Assembly (NCBI GenBank): GCA_049515895.1
Contig: JBEKTQ010000019.1
Span: 32,429 to 96,428 of the forward strand
Direction of reading: 5' to 3'
DNA from: Candidatus Bathyarchaeia archaeon
GTDB taxonomy: Archaea; Thermoproteota; Bathyarchaeia; Bathyarchaeales; Bathycorpusculaceae
DNA: 64,000 nt
Part shown: piece by piece, positions 50,101 through 59,500 of the stretch
How positions within the stretch are numbered: position 1 is the stretch's first letter
How the letters are laid out: each line of letters starts with the position of its first letter
The notes under the pieces: model-generated
Seen by the model: only the letters and a program-made list of their open reading frames with translations
Databases searched by the model: none
Told to the model about the DNA's origin: nothing
Position numbers and translations under genes: made by a program

Positions 50101-51545
50101 CGGGTCAAGACGTAACTCCTTTTTCATATACCGTAAAACTTGGCAACGGTACCCTCTCTTTCTGGGAAACATCGCCGATTCTTTCAGCGGTTCAAGGAAT
50201 GCAGGGAGATTCTTTTGTTTGGGTAGATAGTCTCGCTAAAGCTATCGATACTTATTTTCCAGCATCGACATTTATAGCTGATTATCCATATTTCGATCAT
50301 GCGTCAACGGAAACCAATGCAACTGGCACCGTTACACTTACTTCTGATTCTTTTGTGTTTCCAGCCCAACAAACCTTACAAGCAGGTATTCTTGATCTTT
50401 CTAATGCTACTTTTTCTATTTCAGGTATAAACAGTACAAAAACAATTTTTGCTAATGTTCTTATAGATGATCTTAACACATTTGATTCCACGTTCTTTTT
50501 AGAGACACCTTTTATCACAGCCACCCCTGTTGGAATAGGTCCTTATAGTGGTTTTTCGGTTCAGTCAGGGTTCAACTTTTCTATTTTAATTGACAAAACT
50601 GGTAAAACATCACTAGATTTCACCACTAATAACTCTACTTATCATTTAGACGTTCGTCAGGGAACAATCAGATTTGATAATGTCACATTAATTCAAAAAC
50701 CTAACGTAATTATAAACTCTGAGGAGCTCGCAGGGACGCCAAGCGATAATGTTGTTTCCATAGATAAAATCAACTATCAGCTCGGTTATGATACGGAGGC
50801 GAATTTCTTCATGGATGCTTGGGTCACAATTAAAGCACCAATATCAAATATGACTGAGCCATTCTTTGCGTTGCGAATTGCGCCTGAAAGTATGAGCGGT
50901 CCAAGATACTATTATTATTTCTATCCTACAATGTCGCAGGGTGAAACAATCCAACTTGGATTCAGATACGATTTCGATAATGGAACTGTTGTACCTTTGA
51001 ATGATACTGAGCCGACAACCTTCACGTTTGATGAACCAAACTCAGTCCCAGTACAAGACTTTTTAGGTATGCCAAACATTAATTTCCTTTTGGAGATATG
51101 GTATCCCAACGGGCTTGAACTCAAACAGACAACTACTCAATTTAACGTTTCAATCCCAGTCGTAGAAAATGACACTTCTATCTTTATGGCTAGGTCACCA
51201 TCACTTTCTGTTGATGGAAAATTATTCCTAGGTCAAGCATTTATTAGTTATCCATATACTCCAAGATGTTATGGCAATAGTCTGTTAGCTGAAGGATCAA
51301 CAAATTTTACCATTCCCTATTCTGATTCAGGCATAATACAACTTTCAAGTATATCCTCAAGTGCAGCGGTAGAGGTACTTCAGGAGCCTGTTGTACAATG
51401 GTCAGATAATTCAATTCCTTGGGACACAGTACTCCTTTCTCCTTTGAATATTCTGTTAGTCACGTGTTTAGTTAATTCCGTTTTCCTCTCTCTGGTGATC
51501 ATGCACAAAATCAAATTTAGGTTCAAGAGACGATTTAAACGGTGA
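47193..51545 (+). CDS. Large polytopic membrane protein, GT-C/STT3-like architecture, with a large extracellular domain
   Basis: Many TM helices in the first ~700 aa, then AALNYLRANT..VV, YIFI and FNN..VTIY motifs; C-terminal TM helix. Confidence 0.75.
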   Translation: MNQNIVNVLLSLLIGIYVIWLTTSIAKYVLAPLVSILVFTLLNYLTKKQALYVSSNHLDRFINSNKSSLLFILCSIISLSLFVLVPANNSSIFSDWLSITSFSWMRLIAAIFLTCFFPGYIILSIVDRHQSLTKIERFAFSYFLSVFLISLLNYGILLLGYSGSNTELVIYFLFFVVFLITYLPYSRLMSRTKLNIDSFTRHTIYPYLILICVSLIFVVLAYSISIPSTSTTYPMLKGDPWRLNGLSDMLNNGQFPGLVQGHVDPYYAWWYPLYLAAFYFVSGVPSVNAYVSLSFLVSISVLMLYSMFSYFLKNIEPKAPAVITVLSLFGGFGWIYAVYLRSTSGSGGSNIFNILYSASYKTYDIIRPINFVPNSLVPLYVIGIPIFLALLYLPWNSRLSNRTRCLLIFVLVSLGYLTHVVEIGLFAIILFAQTLFINRSKFSQFRITTLSSILGLLLVAAIDFTAPAKYYTIEINSNPMGNLLVPSTTFFLSVLLFVLSYFILLIRGRSSLFSSLGKKIQSNLARPKVLMVLILTLVVIFVYLFFLSFIVWGITVNQNSLSLSQVWDTGAVPWFFYPMKLGVIGILAVVGGVILVSKKEAPRLKVFSLFILQASVMLCIILIDRFISFYYEDLLLVYFFITLLPIAALSIITLFTKTEKYQNELNRRLRPRLKAIAGIGLILLILVSGLSSTLLFSDIYSLSGDGWWQGNVVPEEMAALNYLRANTSSSVVATVTSESQERLFDFANKWEAMQTLGPYQDAADVLFGTASPEVVYNTLASFNVSYIFIATRDAQAISSTPEYSDGFFASHLLEHLPIVFNNSAVTIYRVPKFSPPSDNSDCAVVVPASAEAANTELTYYYPVDMFATANRNYTVLVDNDPSRFSFSTLLLTYDSVNVSEYVSWVEGGRNLIVMNSPMASGFKNFLGITDGSSTFANGVDGAEIPTGYFPVNITYAENAKNASISYYTFSGQDVTPFSYTVKLGNGTLSFWETSPILSAVQGMQGDSFVWVDSLAKAIDTYFPASTFIADYPYFDHASTETNATGTVTLTSDSFVFPAQQTLQAGILDLSNATFSISGINSTKTIFANVLIDDLNTFDSTFFLETPFITATPVGIGPYSGFSVQSGFNFSILIDKTGKTSLDFTTNNSTYHLDVRQGTIRFDNVTLIQKPNVIINSEELAGTPSDNVVSIDKINYQLGYDTEANFFMDAWVTIKAPISNMTEPFFALRIAPESMSGPRYYYYFYPTMSQGETIQLGFRYDFDNGTVVPLNDTEPTTFTFDEPNSVPVQDFLGMPNINFLLEIWYPNGLELKQTTTQFNVSIPVVENDTSIFMARSPSLSVDGKLFLGQAFISYPYTPRCYGNSLLAEGSTNFTIPYSDSGIIQLSSISSSAAVEVLQEPVVQWSDNSIPWDTVLLSPLNILLVTCLVNSVFLSLVIMHKIKFRFKRRFKR

Positions 51546-51698
51546 GGATTTACTATATATTTTTAACAAAATTAGATAAGGTGAGTCCCGACCAACTTTT
51601 ATATAATTCGGGTTTTGTAAAAAAAACTTGCAAATCACAGCAGGGCTCAGGAGACAGTTAGTAAGAATTATATAAAAGTTTTGCGTGCCGTTGAAGAA

Positions 51699-52838
51699 AT
51701 GAAAATACTCGCACTTTGTTGGTACATTGATCCAGACTATCCTATAGGCATAACTCCAGTCTGGTGGCAACTCCTCAAAAGTTTAAATGAACTTGGCGTT
51801 GAAATAGTGCTTGGTGTCCATGACGGTCAGACAATTTCCAGCCTATGGTGGCGAAATGCTGGTAAACCTTTTTCTTTTGGTTTCGTGAGAAAGTCCGTTG
51901 AATTCTTTTCATACAAACAGCGCATGGTTTTTGTTCAGAATCCTTTCAAGCATTGGTTCAAGAACAGTTATAAGCGCTATATAGAAAAGACATTGTCTAA
52001 TGAGAAAGACGTAGATGTTATTTTGGTTTGCGGTATTCCCTTCCATTATTTCTCAGAAATACCTGAATGGGTCGAAAAGAAATTTGGCATACCTACAATT
52101 TTCTTCGAACATGATATGCCTTCAATTCTTCCTCAATATGGAGGCTGGGGCGGAGCAACAAACTATGTTAACCCTGACTTCTCAGAGTACGCTGCTTTCA
52201 TAACAACATCCAAAGGTGTAGTTCCATTGCTCACTGAAATGGGTGCATCAAATGTTCATGTAATATATTTTGCTGTTGATCCCTATGTCTATCGTCCAAC
52301 CAAAAGTGAAAAAACTATTGACGTTCTCTTCCAAGGTTTCGGTTCCAAATTCCGCGAAGACTGGATGACTAAAATGATAACCGAACCATCGATGTGCTCC
52401 CCTTTGATGAATTTTGCTGTTGCTGGTCAGCAGTTTGACACCAACTTAGGATCAGCAAAGAAACTGGGCGCTTTGTCTTTTACCTCGTTTAGAGATATTT
52501 GCTGTCAGAGCAAGATAAATTTGAATATAACTCGAAAGCATTTTGCTGAAGTGTACTGTTCATCAACGTCCAGACCTTTCGAATTAGCTTCGTTGGAGTG
52601 TTGTATGATTTCAAATCCATGTAATGGAATCAACGAATGGTTCGAAGTTGGCAAAGAGATTCTTATCGTGAACAGCGCCCAGGAAGCTGTGGAGTTATAT
52701 ACGTGGTTATTGAGTTCTGAAGAGACAAGGATTAAAATGGGACAACTAGCTCGGAAAAGAGTTTTGAAGAGTCATTCCTATGATCACAGAGCAAAACAAC
52801 TCCTCGAAATAATGCGTAATGTCTTAAAGAAACAGTAA
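51699..52838 (+). CDS. CgeB-like glycosyltransferase (GT-B)
   Basis: SKINLNITR, RPFELA, FE.GKEI, HSY.HRA; start at MKILAL. Confidence 0.85.
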   Translation: MKILALCWYIDPDYPIGITPVWWQLLKSLNELGVEIVLGVHDGQTISSLWWRNAGKPFSFGFVRKSVEFFSYKQRMVFVQNPFKHWFKNSYKRYIEKTLSNEKDVDVILVCGIPFHYFSEIPEWVEKKFGIPTIFFEHDMPSILPQYGGWGGATNYVNPDFSEYAAFITTSKGVVPLLTEMGASNVHVIYFAVDPYVYRPTKSEKTIDVLFQGFGSKFREDWMTKMITEPSMCSPLMNFAVAGQQFDTNLGSAKKLGALSFTSFRDICCQSKINLNITRKHFAEVYCSSTSRPFELASLECCMISNPCNGINEWFEVGKEILIVNSAQEAVELYTWLLSSEETRIKMGQLARKRVLKSHSYDHRAKQLLEIMRNVLKKQ

Positions 52839-53163
52839 TCTACGTCCAATTCTTATAGATTGATCTTCCGGTGTACTTTTAAAGCATTGTCAAAACATGT
52901 CTAAAATGCACTTTATTAAACGTATGTGATAACAAGATTGTGCACAAAGAAGTTCTAAAATTTGATAAACCGAAGGAAACATTTTAATGCATAATTCATT
53001 TTCTGATTGCAAACTTGGTTAACCGATTAGACTGGTTGAGAATATGTGTTCTGTAAGCTTTTAACCTAAATTCATTGTATATCTACCGTTTGAGATGTCT
53101 ATCGTATTAGCCTTACTCATAAAGGGATGATGCTGAGAAATTTTAGAAAGTTTAGAATTTTGT

Positions 53164-54027
53164 TTGCCTCAATATGTTAAGATACAAGCCGAACATGACT
53201 GCAAAGTTTTCCAAAATCTTCTCAAGCGAGTAAGACCCTATGTTTGTGATATCGAAAAGAAAAATATTCTTGATGTAGGCTGTGGAAAAAGAGCGCCTTC
53301 TACGTTATTGTTTAGTAGCTTGGGAGCAAAAGCTGTTGGAATTGATATAGATTTGGATAGGGGCTTTGATTTTGCTAAATATTGGCAAATTCTTGCGGCA
53401 AGAGGTTATAAAGCGGTTTTGAGCAGGTTTATAGATGATGGGTGCAATAGCATCTATTATCGAGAATTAAAGAAAGTTGCAGGCTTTCCCTTGAATTTTG
53501 AAGGCGTTGACTTGAGAGAGACTGATGCTTGCCAAACCAATTTCGACGGAGAACAATTTGACCTGATTGTTTCGAACGCGGCATTTGAGCACTTTAAGGA
53601 TGTATCTGCAGTTCTTAAAGAAATGAAGAGGATAATGAAACAAGACGCAATAATCCATGTAGAAATCCACCTGTTTCCCAGTCTGACCGGAGGGCATAAC
53701 ATTTTGTGGAGTGACCCTGATAATCAACGAGTGTTACTGGGCAAAGTTCAACCATGGGACCATTTAAGAAAACAAAAAAATAAAGTTAACATATTTTTGA
53801 ACAAACTGCGAGAACGTGATTACCACAAGCTGTTTTCTAACACCTTCGAGATATTAGAATGGATTAATGAATATTGGGAGCCTGATCATTTTCTTACTCG
53901 AGAACTAAGTTTAGAATTAAGTGATTATTCAAGAGAAGAACTGTTGAAAAGAGCCATAGTTGTAATTGCCCGAAAGTCCAGAAATCACGCAAACATTTGT
54001 AATAAACATGAAAATGGATTTCCATAA
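53164..54027 (+). CDS. Class I SAM-dependent methyltransferase
   Basis: ILDVGCG, GIDID, FDLIVSNAAFEH. Confidence 0.88.
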   Translation: MPQYVKIQAEHDCKVFQNLLKRVRPYVCDIEKKNILDVGCGKRAPSTLLFSSLGAKAVGIDIDLDRGFDFAKYWQILAARGYKAVLSRFIDDGCNSIYYRELKKVAGFPLNFEGVDLRETDACQTNFDGEQFDLIVSNAAFEHFKDVSAVLKEMKRIMKQDAIIHVEIHLFPSLTGGHNILWSDPDNQRVLLGKVQPWDHLRKQKNKVNIFLNKLRERDYHKLFSNTFEILEWINEYWEPDHFLTRELSLELSDYSREELLKRAIVVIARKSRNHANICNKHENGFP

Positions 54028-54547
54028 TGAGTCTAGTACCGCACATAAAGCAAATCTCTTAAGAAAAAACTACAAATAATCTTGTTGCTTTACTAAAAAT
54101 AGTTAGCAAAATGAGCCAATGTAAGCATAAAACTGAACGTTATCATAATAGATGTCTATGACCTAAGATGGACTTAATAATTGATAGATCAAGAAAAAAT
54201 ATGGAATAGGCAATCAAGTTGTTCCTATTTTTCTCTATTCAGAACCAAAGTCTGCATCAAACTGTGTATGAAACGCGTGTAATAGTTTTTTTTAAGAAAA
54301 ATGGCGTGGAGGTGCGTTGTACGGAAAACATTTTTTCTGGTTTCTTAATCTGTTGAAAGACTTGCTTGTTATCAAATATTATAGGTTGAAGCGAATATTA
54401 GAACGATACGAATAATGGTCATAATGTTTGGGCACATTGCATTGAAGCCAACGCGATGTGCCGTCTATCTGGGAAAAACAGGGTACGCAAAGCGAACTCG
54501 AACATTAACGACCTTTACAAAGGTGTAATACTTTGGAGTTGACGTAA

Positions 54548-55600
54548 ATGTTGAAAAACAAACAAGTCTTAGTGACCGGCGGGGCCTCCTTCATAGGAAG
54601 CCATTTAGTAGATACCCTTTTGAAGAGTGGTTCAGTCGTCCGAGTAGCTGATGATTTCTCAAGCGGCAAACTTGAGAATTTGGAATATCCCCTCAAAGAA
54701 ATCGGTGCACATGTCTGGGCTTCGTCGAACCTCACTGCTTATAATGGCGATTTGAAGAACCAATCGTTTACAAGGCAAATGATGAAGGATATCGATATTG
54801 TTTTTCATCTGGCCGCTTTGCATGGTGGTAGAGGATACATCGATTCGCATCCTGCCCAATGTTGTAGTAACATGATATTAGATCAACTTGTTTTCGAGGA
54901 AGCTTGCAAAGCCGACGTTGACCGAATTTGCTTTGCAAGTTCTGCGTGCGTTTATCCCTCATATCTTCAGGAAAATACTGGGTCTTTATATCTGCTCAAG
55001 GAAGATGACGCTAACCCTTTTGTAAGAGATAAGGCCTTTGCTGACTTAGAATATGGCTGGGCTAAGCTTATGGGTGAAATGGCTTTAAATGCGTACCACA
55101 AGCAGTACGGTCTAAAGACTTCTGCAGTGCGAATATTTACTGCTTATGGTCCAAGAGAAAACGAAACGCATGCCATTATTGCATTAATCGCCAAAGCTTT
55201 TGTTGAGATGGACCCGTATGTAATTTGGGGCACAGGAGCCCAAGACAGGGACTTCACATATGTTCAAGACATAGTAGATGCTCTAATACTCGCTTCGGAA
55301 AAAATAGAAAATGGTTCACCTGTTAATGCCGGCAGGGATGATAGATTAACTCTAAACGAAGCATCTGAAATTGTATTTGACATAATCAAATGGAGACCAA
55401 AAAAGATGCACCACGATTTATCAAAGCCTCAAGGCGTAGCATCAAGAGCAGCTGACTTAACGCGTGCGCGGTCAATATTTAATTGGGAACCAAAAGTTAG
55501 CTACCGTGAAGGATTTAGAAAAACAATTGAATGGTATTTCGCAAATAAAGACAGACGTAAAGTCAAATCTGAATTAGAACGTTTACTCTTGGAACGATAG
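54548..55600 (+). CDS. NAD-dependent epimerase/dehydratase (GDP-mannose 3,5-epimerase-like)
   Basis: VLVTGGASFIG, HLAA.HGG.GYI, SSACVYP, YGWAK. Confidence 0.9.
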   Translation: MLKNKQVLVTGGASFIGSHLVDTLLKSGSVVRVADDFSSGKLENLEYPLKEIGAHVWASSNLTAYNGDLKNQSFTRQMMKDIDIVFHLAALHGGRGYIDSHPAQCCSNMILDQLVFEEACKADVDRICFASSACVYPSYLQENTGSLYLLKEDDANPFVRDKAFADLEYGWAKLMGEMALNAYHKQYGLKTSAVRIFTAYGPRENETHAIIALIAKAFVEMDPYVIWGTGAQDRDFTYVQDIVDALILASEKIENGSPVNAGRDDRLTLNEASEIVFDIIKWRPKKMHHDLSKPQGVASRAADLTRARSIFNWEPKVSYREGFRKTIEWYFANKDRRKVKSELERLLLER

Positions 55601-55624
55601 TGTTTGGTCGCTTAATGAAAGCAC

Positions 55625-55888
55625 TAATTCAAAAAGCGTCTGCTAAAGGAAAGACGATTGAAAGTACTTATAATCTCCAGTTGGACAGAAATCCAAAAGA
55701 CTTGTGTAAAGCTCAAAACCAAGACCAACACCGAACGCCGACCCTTTAACAACCACAACTCAACCCCGCTAAAATCCTTGAAGCGGCAAGAGTCAACTGT
55801 GCCAAAACGAAAACGTGGGTCAATCCGTTCGGCGACGGAACAACTGGGTTCAAAAATAATCAATATTCTGATGGACAAACTCAAATAG
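55625..55888 (+). pseudogene. wecB: Decayed 3' remnant of UDP-N-acetylglucosamine 2-epimerase
   Basis: Across frameshifts reads CVKL...NTER, PAKILEAAR...WVNPFGDG, KIINIL, matching the CVTLR.NTERPE...NPFGDG...I..IL C-terminus. Confidence 0.65.
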
Positions 55889-55979
55889 TTTTCAAAGATG
55901 TAGCATAGATTTCAAGAATAAGAGAACGGCCAACTAATTTTCAGCATCTTCGAATAACTCTAAGTATGACAATTGATTT

Positions 55980-56223
55980 ATGGGAGCATGCAGTAGAGAA
56001 ACGGGTTATGCGATTTCTGCTGAGGCTTTTTCTTAATCCATTGTTTATGGTTGTGTTGCCTTTTCCTTTGCTTGCGTGACCAAACCGAATTATTTTCCAA
56101 TTGTTCATGCCGACGTGGATGATTTAGGGATTGCTTGTTAGAATGTAAAAGGGCATTTTTGTTTGAGAAGTATAGAGTTCCGCAACAAAATTTAGGAGAC
56201 GCTTTCCAATGCCAATCCCTTTT
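55980..56223 (-). pseudogene. Remnant of a GNAT-like acetyltransferase domain
   Basis: KGIGIGKRLLNFVAELY...ILTSNP*...SRNRIT with an internal stop and no 5' half. Confidence 0.55.
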
Positions 56224-56521
56224 CTTGTGGTGGCAATTTGAATTTCGAAAGTGAATGAGACGTTCTTTCAATATGCAATCGCAGGAAAAGCCTAAATCTT
56301 CAAGCTTTACCAAATCCAAACGCAAACTAGCCAATTACAATTCAGCCTACCCTCCTTAAATTGCAACTTTCTTGCAAACCAAGCCACTCTAATAATCAAT
56401 AAGATTTTAGTCAACACAGCATAATCGAAATCAATGATAATATACTCTGGAGAGTAGCTCTAGAGGTGTGCACAACTAATATTTTTGTTTGTGTTCTATT
56501 ACAATCGTCGCAGTGTTTCTT

Positions 56522-59500
56522 TCAACTTTTTACTTTTCTGCTTTTTCTTAATACGATTACAGCTGCCACGGTTGCCACGACAGCTACAGTAGCCACTATT
56601 CCATAGATTACAACTTGAGATAAACTTGACTTCGCTGTAGGGCTTGGAGAAGGAGCTGTTGAAGTGAATACGATTGATATTTGGTGTGCGCTGAAACTGG
56701 TTGTGTACCAAACGTAGTAGTTGCTGCTATCCTGCGTGTAACCTTGATTTGAGGCTTGCAGGCCATCAATGTAGATTGTTGGTGTTCCCCCAAAGGATAC
56801 CGCACTTATCGGAATAGTCACGTTGCCAAAGCCTACCGTTCCACTTTCGCCTGTTGTAGTGAAGGATATCGTTGTTGTAGAATCAGCTTGGTCCGTTGCG
56901 ATTTTGACGTTGGAAATCTGGGAGCTAGTTATGTTTCCGCTGATTGCAAGGTCAACTGTTGCACCATTCTGCGTCGTCGCAGCAACTGTCATAATTGATG
57001 ATGATGAAGGCGAAGGCGCTGGGGTCAGAGTTGGGATTGGAGTTAGGGTCGGTGTTGGAGTGGGTGTTGGCGCAATCGCCACCGTAAACGGGTTACTAGT
57101 CCCTACATGAATGCCATCAGTAGCCGTAATAGTAGCGCTTGAACCAGCTGCAGTCACCGTAACCAACGCTGTCCCAACGCCGCCAGAGAAAGCGTTCATA
57201 GTACTAGAACTAATCGACCCTGCAGAACACGTCAAAGTTGGCGTGCCAATATAGCTTGTAACCGTGTTGCCGAACGCATCTTCGGCAGAAATGGTTACAC
57301 TAAAGGCGGAACCAGCCATCTGAGGACTACTAATAGTGTTAAAAGTGAAGTGGTCGAGAACACCAGGATTGACCGTGAAGCTGCCACTCGTTGCAGACTC
57401 GCCGGAACCAGATGTGGAAAGCGTAACTCCAGAGCCTGCACCAGTCACTGTCACTGAACCCATCCAAACCCCGCTTGAGAAGGCACTAGTGCTGGTTGGA
57501 TTTATGGTTCCAGTTGAAAGATTCAAAGCGTTAGTTCCATTATAGCTCGTAACTACGTTGCCATATGCGTCTTCAGCCGAAATTGTTATGTTGAAAGCGG
57601 AACCAGCCGTCTGCGTCCCAACGGAATTAAAGACAAAATGATCGAGACCACCCGGGTTAACCGTTAAGCCGGTTGTGTAGGCCGTTGAGGCGTAGGTTCC
57701 CGTAACGGTCCAGGAGCCAGCCTTTGCTGAAGTGTAAATATTGCTGCTCCATGAACCGCCAGCGCCGGAACTTACGCTCCAAGTTGTTGAAGAGGTCACG
57801 TCCCAGGCGTTACCATACATGTCAGAGGCCGTTGCCGAAAAAGGCGTAGACAACCCAGCTGTAACGGTTGAGCCAGCGGGAGAAACCACGACATTAGCGA
57901 CTGAAGCAGCGTGAGTAACCGTTATTCCAGTCTGAGAGCCGGTAATCGTGCTATTCGCGGTGTCCGTGGCCGTAATCGACTGAGCACTTGCAGTCACCAA
58001 TGCAAGAGAGAAACTCTTAGTACCATTATCCAGAGTTTGGAATACATAGTTACTTGGCAAATTAACAGCCACCCCGGAATCTGAAGAGTTGAAATGAACC
58101 GTGCCAGTGTAACCAGTAGCTGTATTTTCATAAGCGTCTTTAGCAGTAACGGTCACGGAGAAAGCCGTGCCTGCTACTTGAGAAGTCCCACTTGAAACCA
58201 CCAAGTGAGTAGAAACATTGGGATTCACCGTTATACCCATTTGAAAGCCGGTAATTGTGCTATTCGCCGTGTCCGTGGCCGTAATCGATTGCGAACCAGC
58301 CGTTTCCAAAGCCACATTGAAGGAGCCAACACCACTTGTAAGGCTGGCATTTGCAGGCAAAACCGCTTTGCTGTCACTTGAAGTAAACGCAACCGCATCT
58401 GCATAGCCACTAGCCACGTTACCATAAGCATCTTTGGCAGTCACGGTTACAACGTAAGCTTCACCAGCAGTAGCAGAACTTGGGAAGCCAGAAACAACCA
58501 ATTGACTAGCTGGCGCGGGATTCACAATAACTGAGGCATTGCTCTGAGGCGAAGAGGCACCTAAACTGTCAGTAACCGTCACCGAAATCAAGTAAGACCT
58601 CGAGATTACAGGAGCAAAACTAAAGTTTGATCCTGTCTGGCCAGACTGAACTACCCCATTCACGTACCATTTATAGGGCGAGTAAACATCTGAGCCCCCG
58701 CCGGGGATAGCCGAGAACGCCTTAGTCTGGCCAGCAGCCATAGTCCAAGAAGCAGGCGACACATTCACAGTCGGAGCAGCATTCACCGTAACCGAAGCCA
58801 CATTAGAGATGACTGCTGCTCCTGCAGCATCAGTTACCTGAAGCTCAAAGGACCATTCTCCAGTAGCTGTGGAGGTGGAAGTCGTGAAATTGTAGGTTGC
58901 TGAAGTAGCCCCGTTAATTGACGAGTAAAAACCAGCGCTAGGAGCCTCTGAATACCACTGGTAAGTGTACGGACTGGTACCCGTTGTGATGTCAGACGAA
59001 TTGGACAACACTGAAGCCTGACCCTGATCAACTGTGCCAGGCGCTGGCGCCACAGTGGGAGCAGCAAGCGCGGAGTTCACCGTAATAGGCACGGGGTTTG
59101 ACTCAAAAGTTACTGGAACACTGGCAGAGTCAGTCACGTTTACGGACAGCAAGAATGAACCCATAGATGAAGGACTAAACGTGTAAGTCGCACTATTAGT
59201 GCCAACAGCGCCGCCATTCAAGTACCACTGATAAGTGTAGGGACTTGTGCCTCCAGAAGCAGATGCCATGAAAATCCGGCTCTGACCAACATCCAAAGTA
59301 GCAGACGAAGGCAAGACAGAAGCATTGTAAGGTGACGGCTTTACTTGCAGTGTAAGCGTTGTGCTGTGACTGAGTGTACCGCTGACACCTGTTACTGTGA
59401 CTGAGTATGTTCCGTTTGCAGTGGCTATTGGCACCTGGACGGTTAACGTGGAAGTACCTGAGGTGGTTATTGATGTGGGGTTGAGGCCTACGTTTATTCC

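Noticed and set aside
54431-54462. 10-bp hairpin GGCACATTGC/GCGATGTGCC
   Set aside because: Single isolated stem; no second copy or promoter evidence
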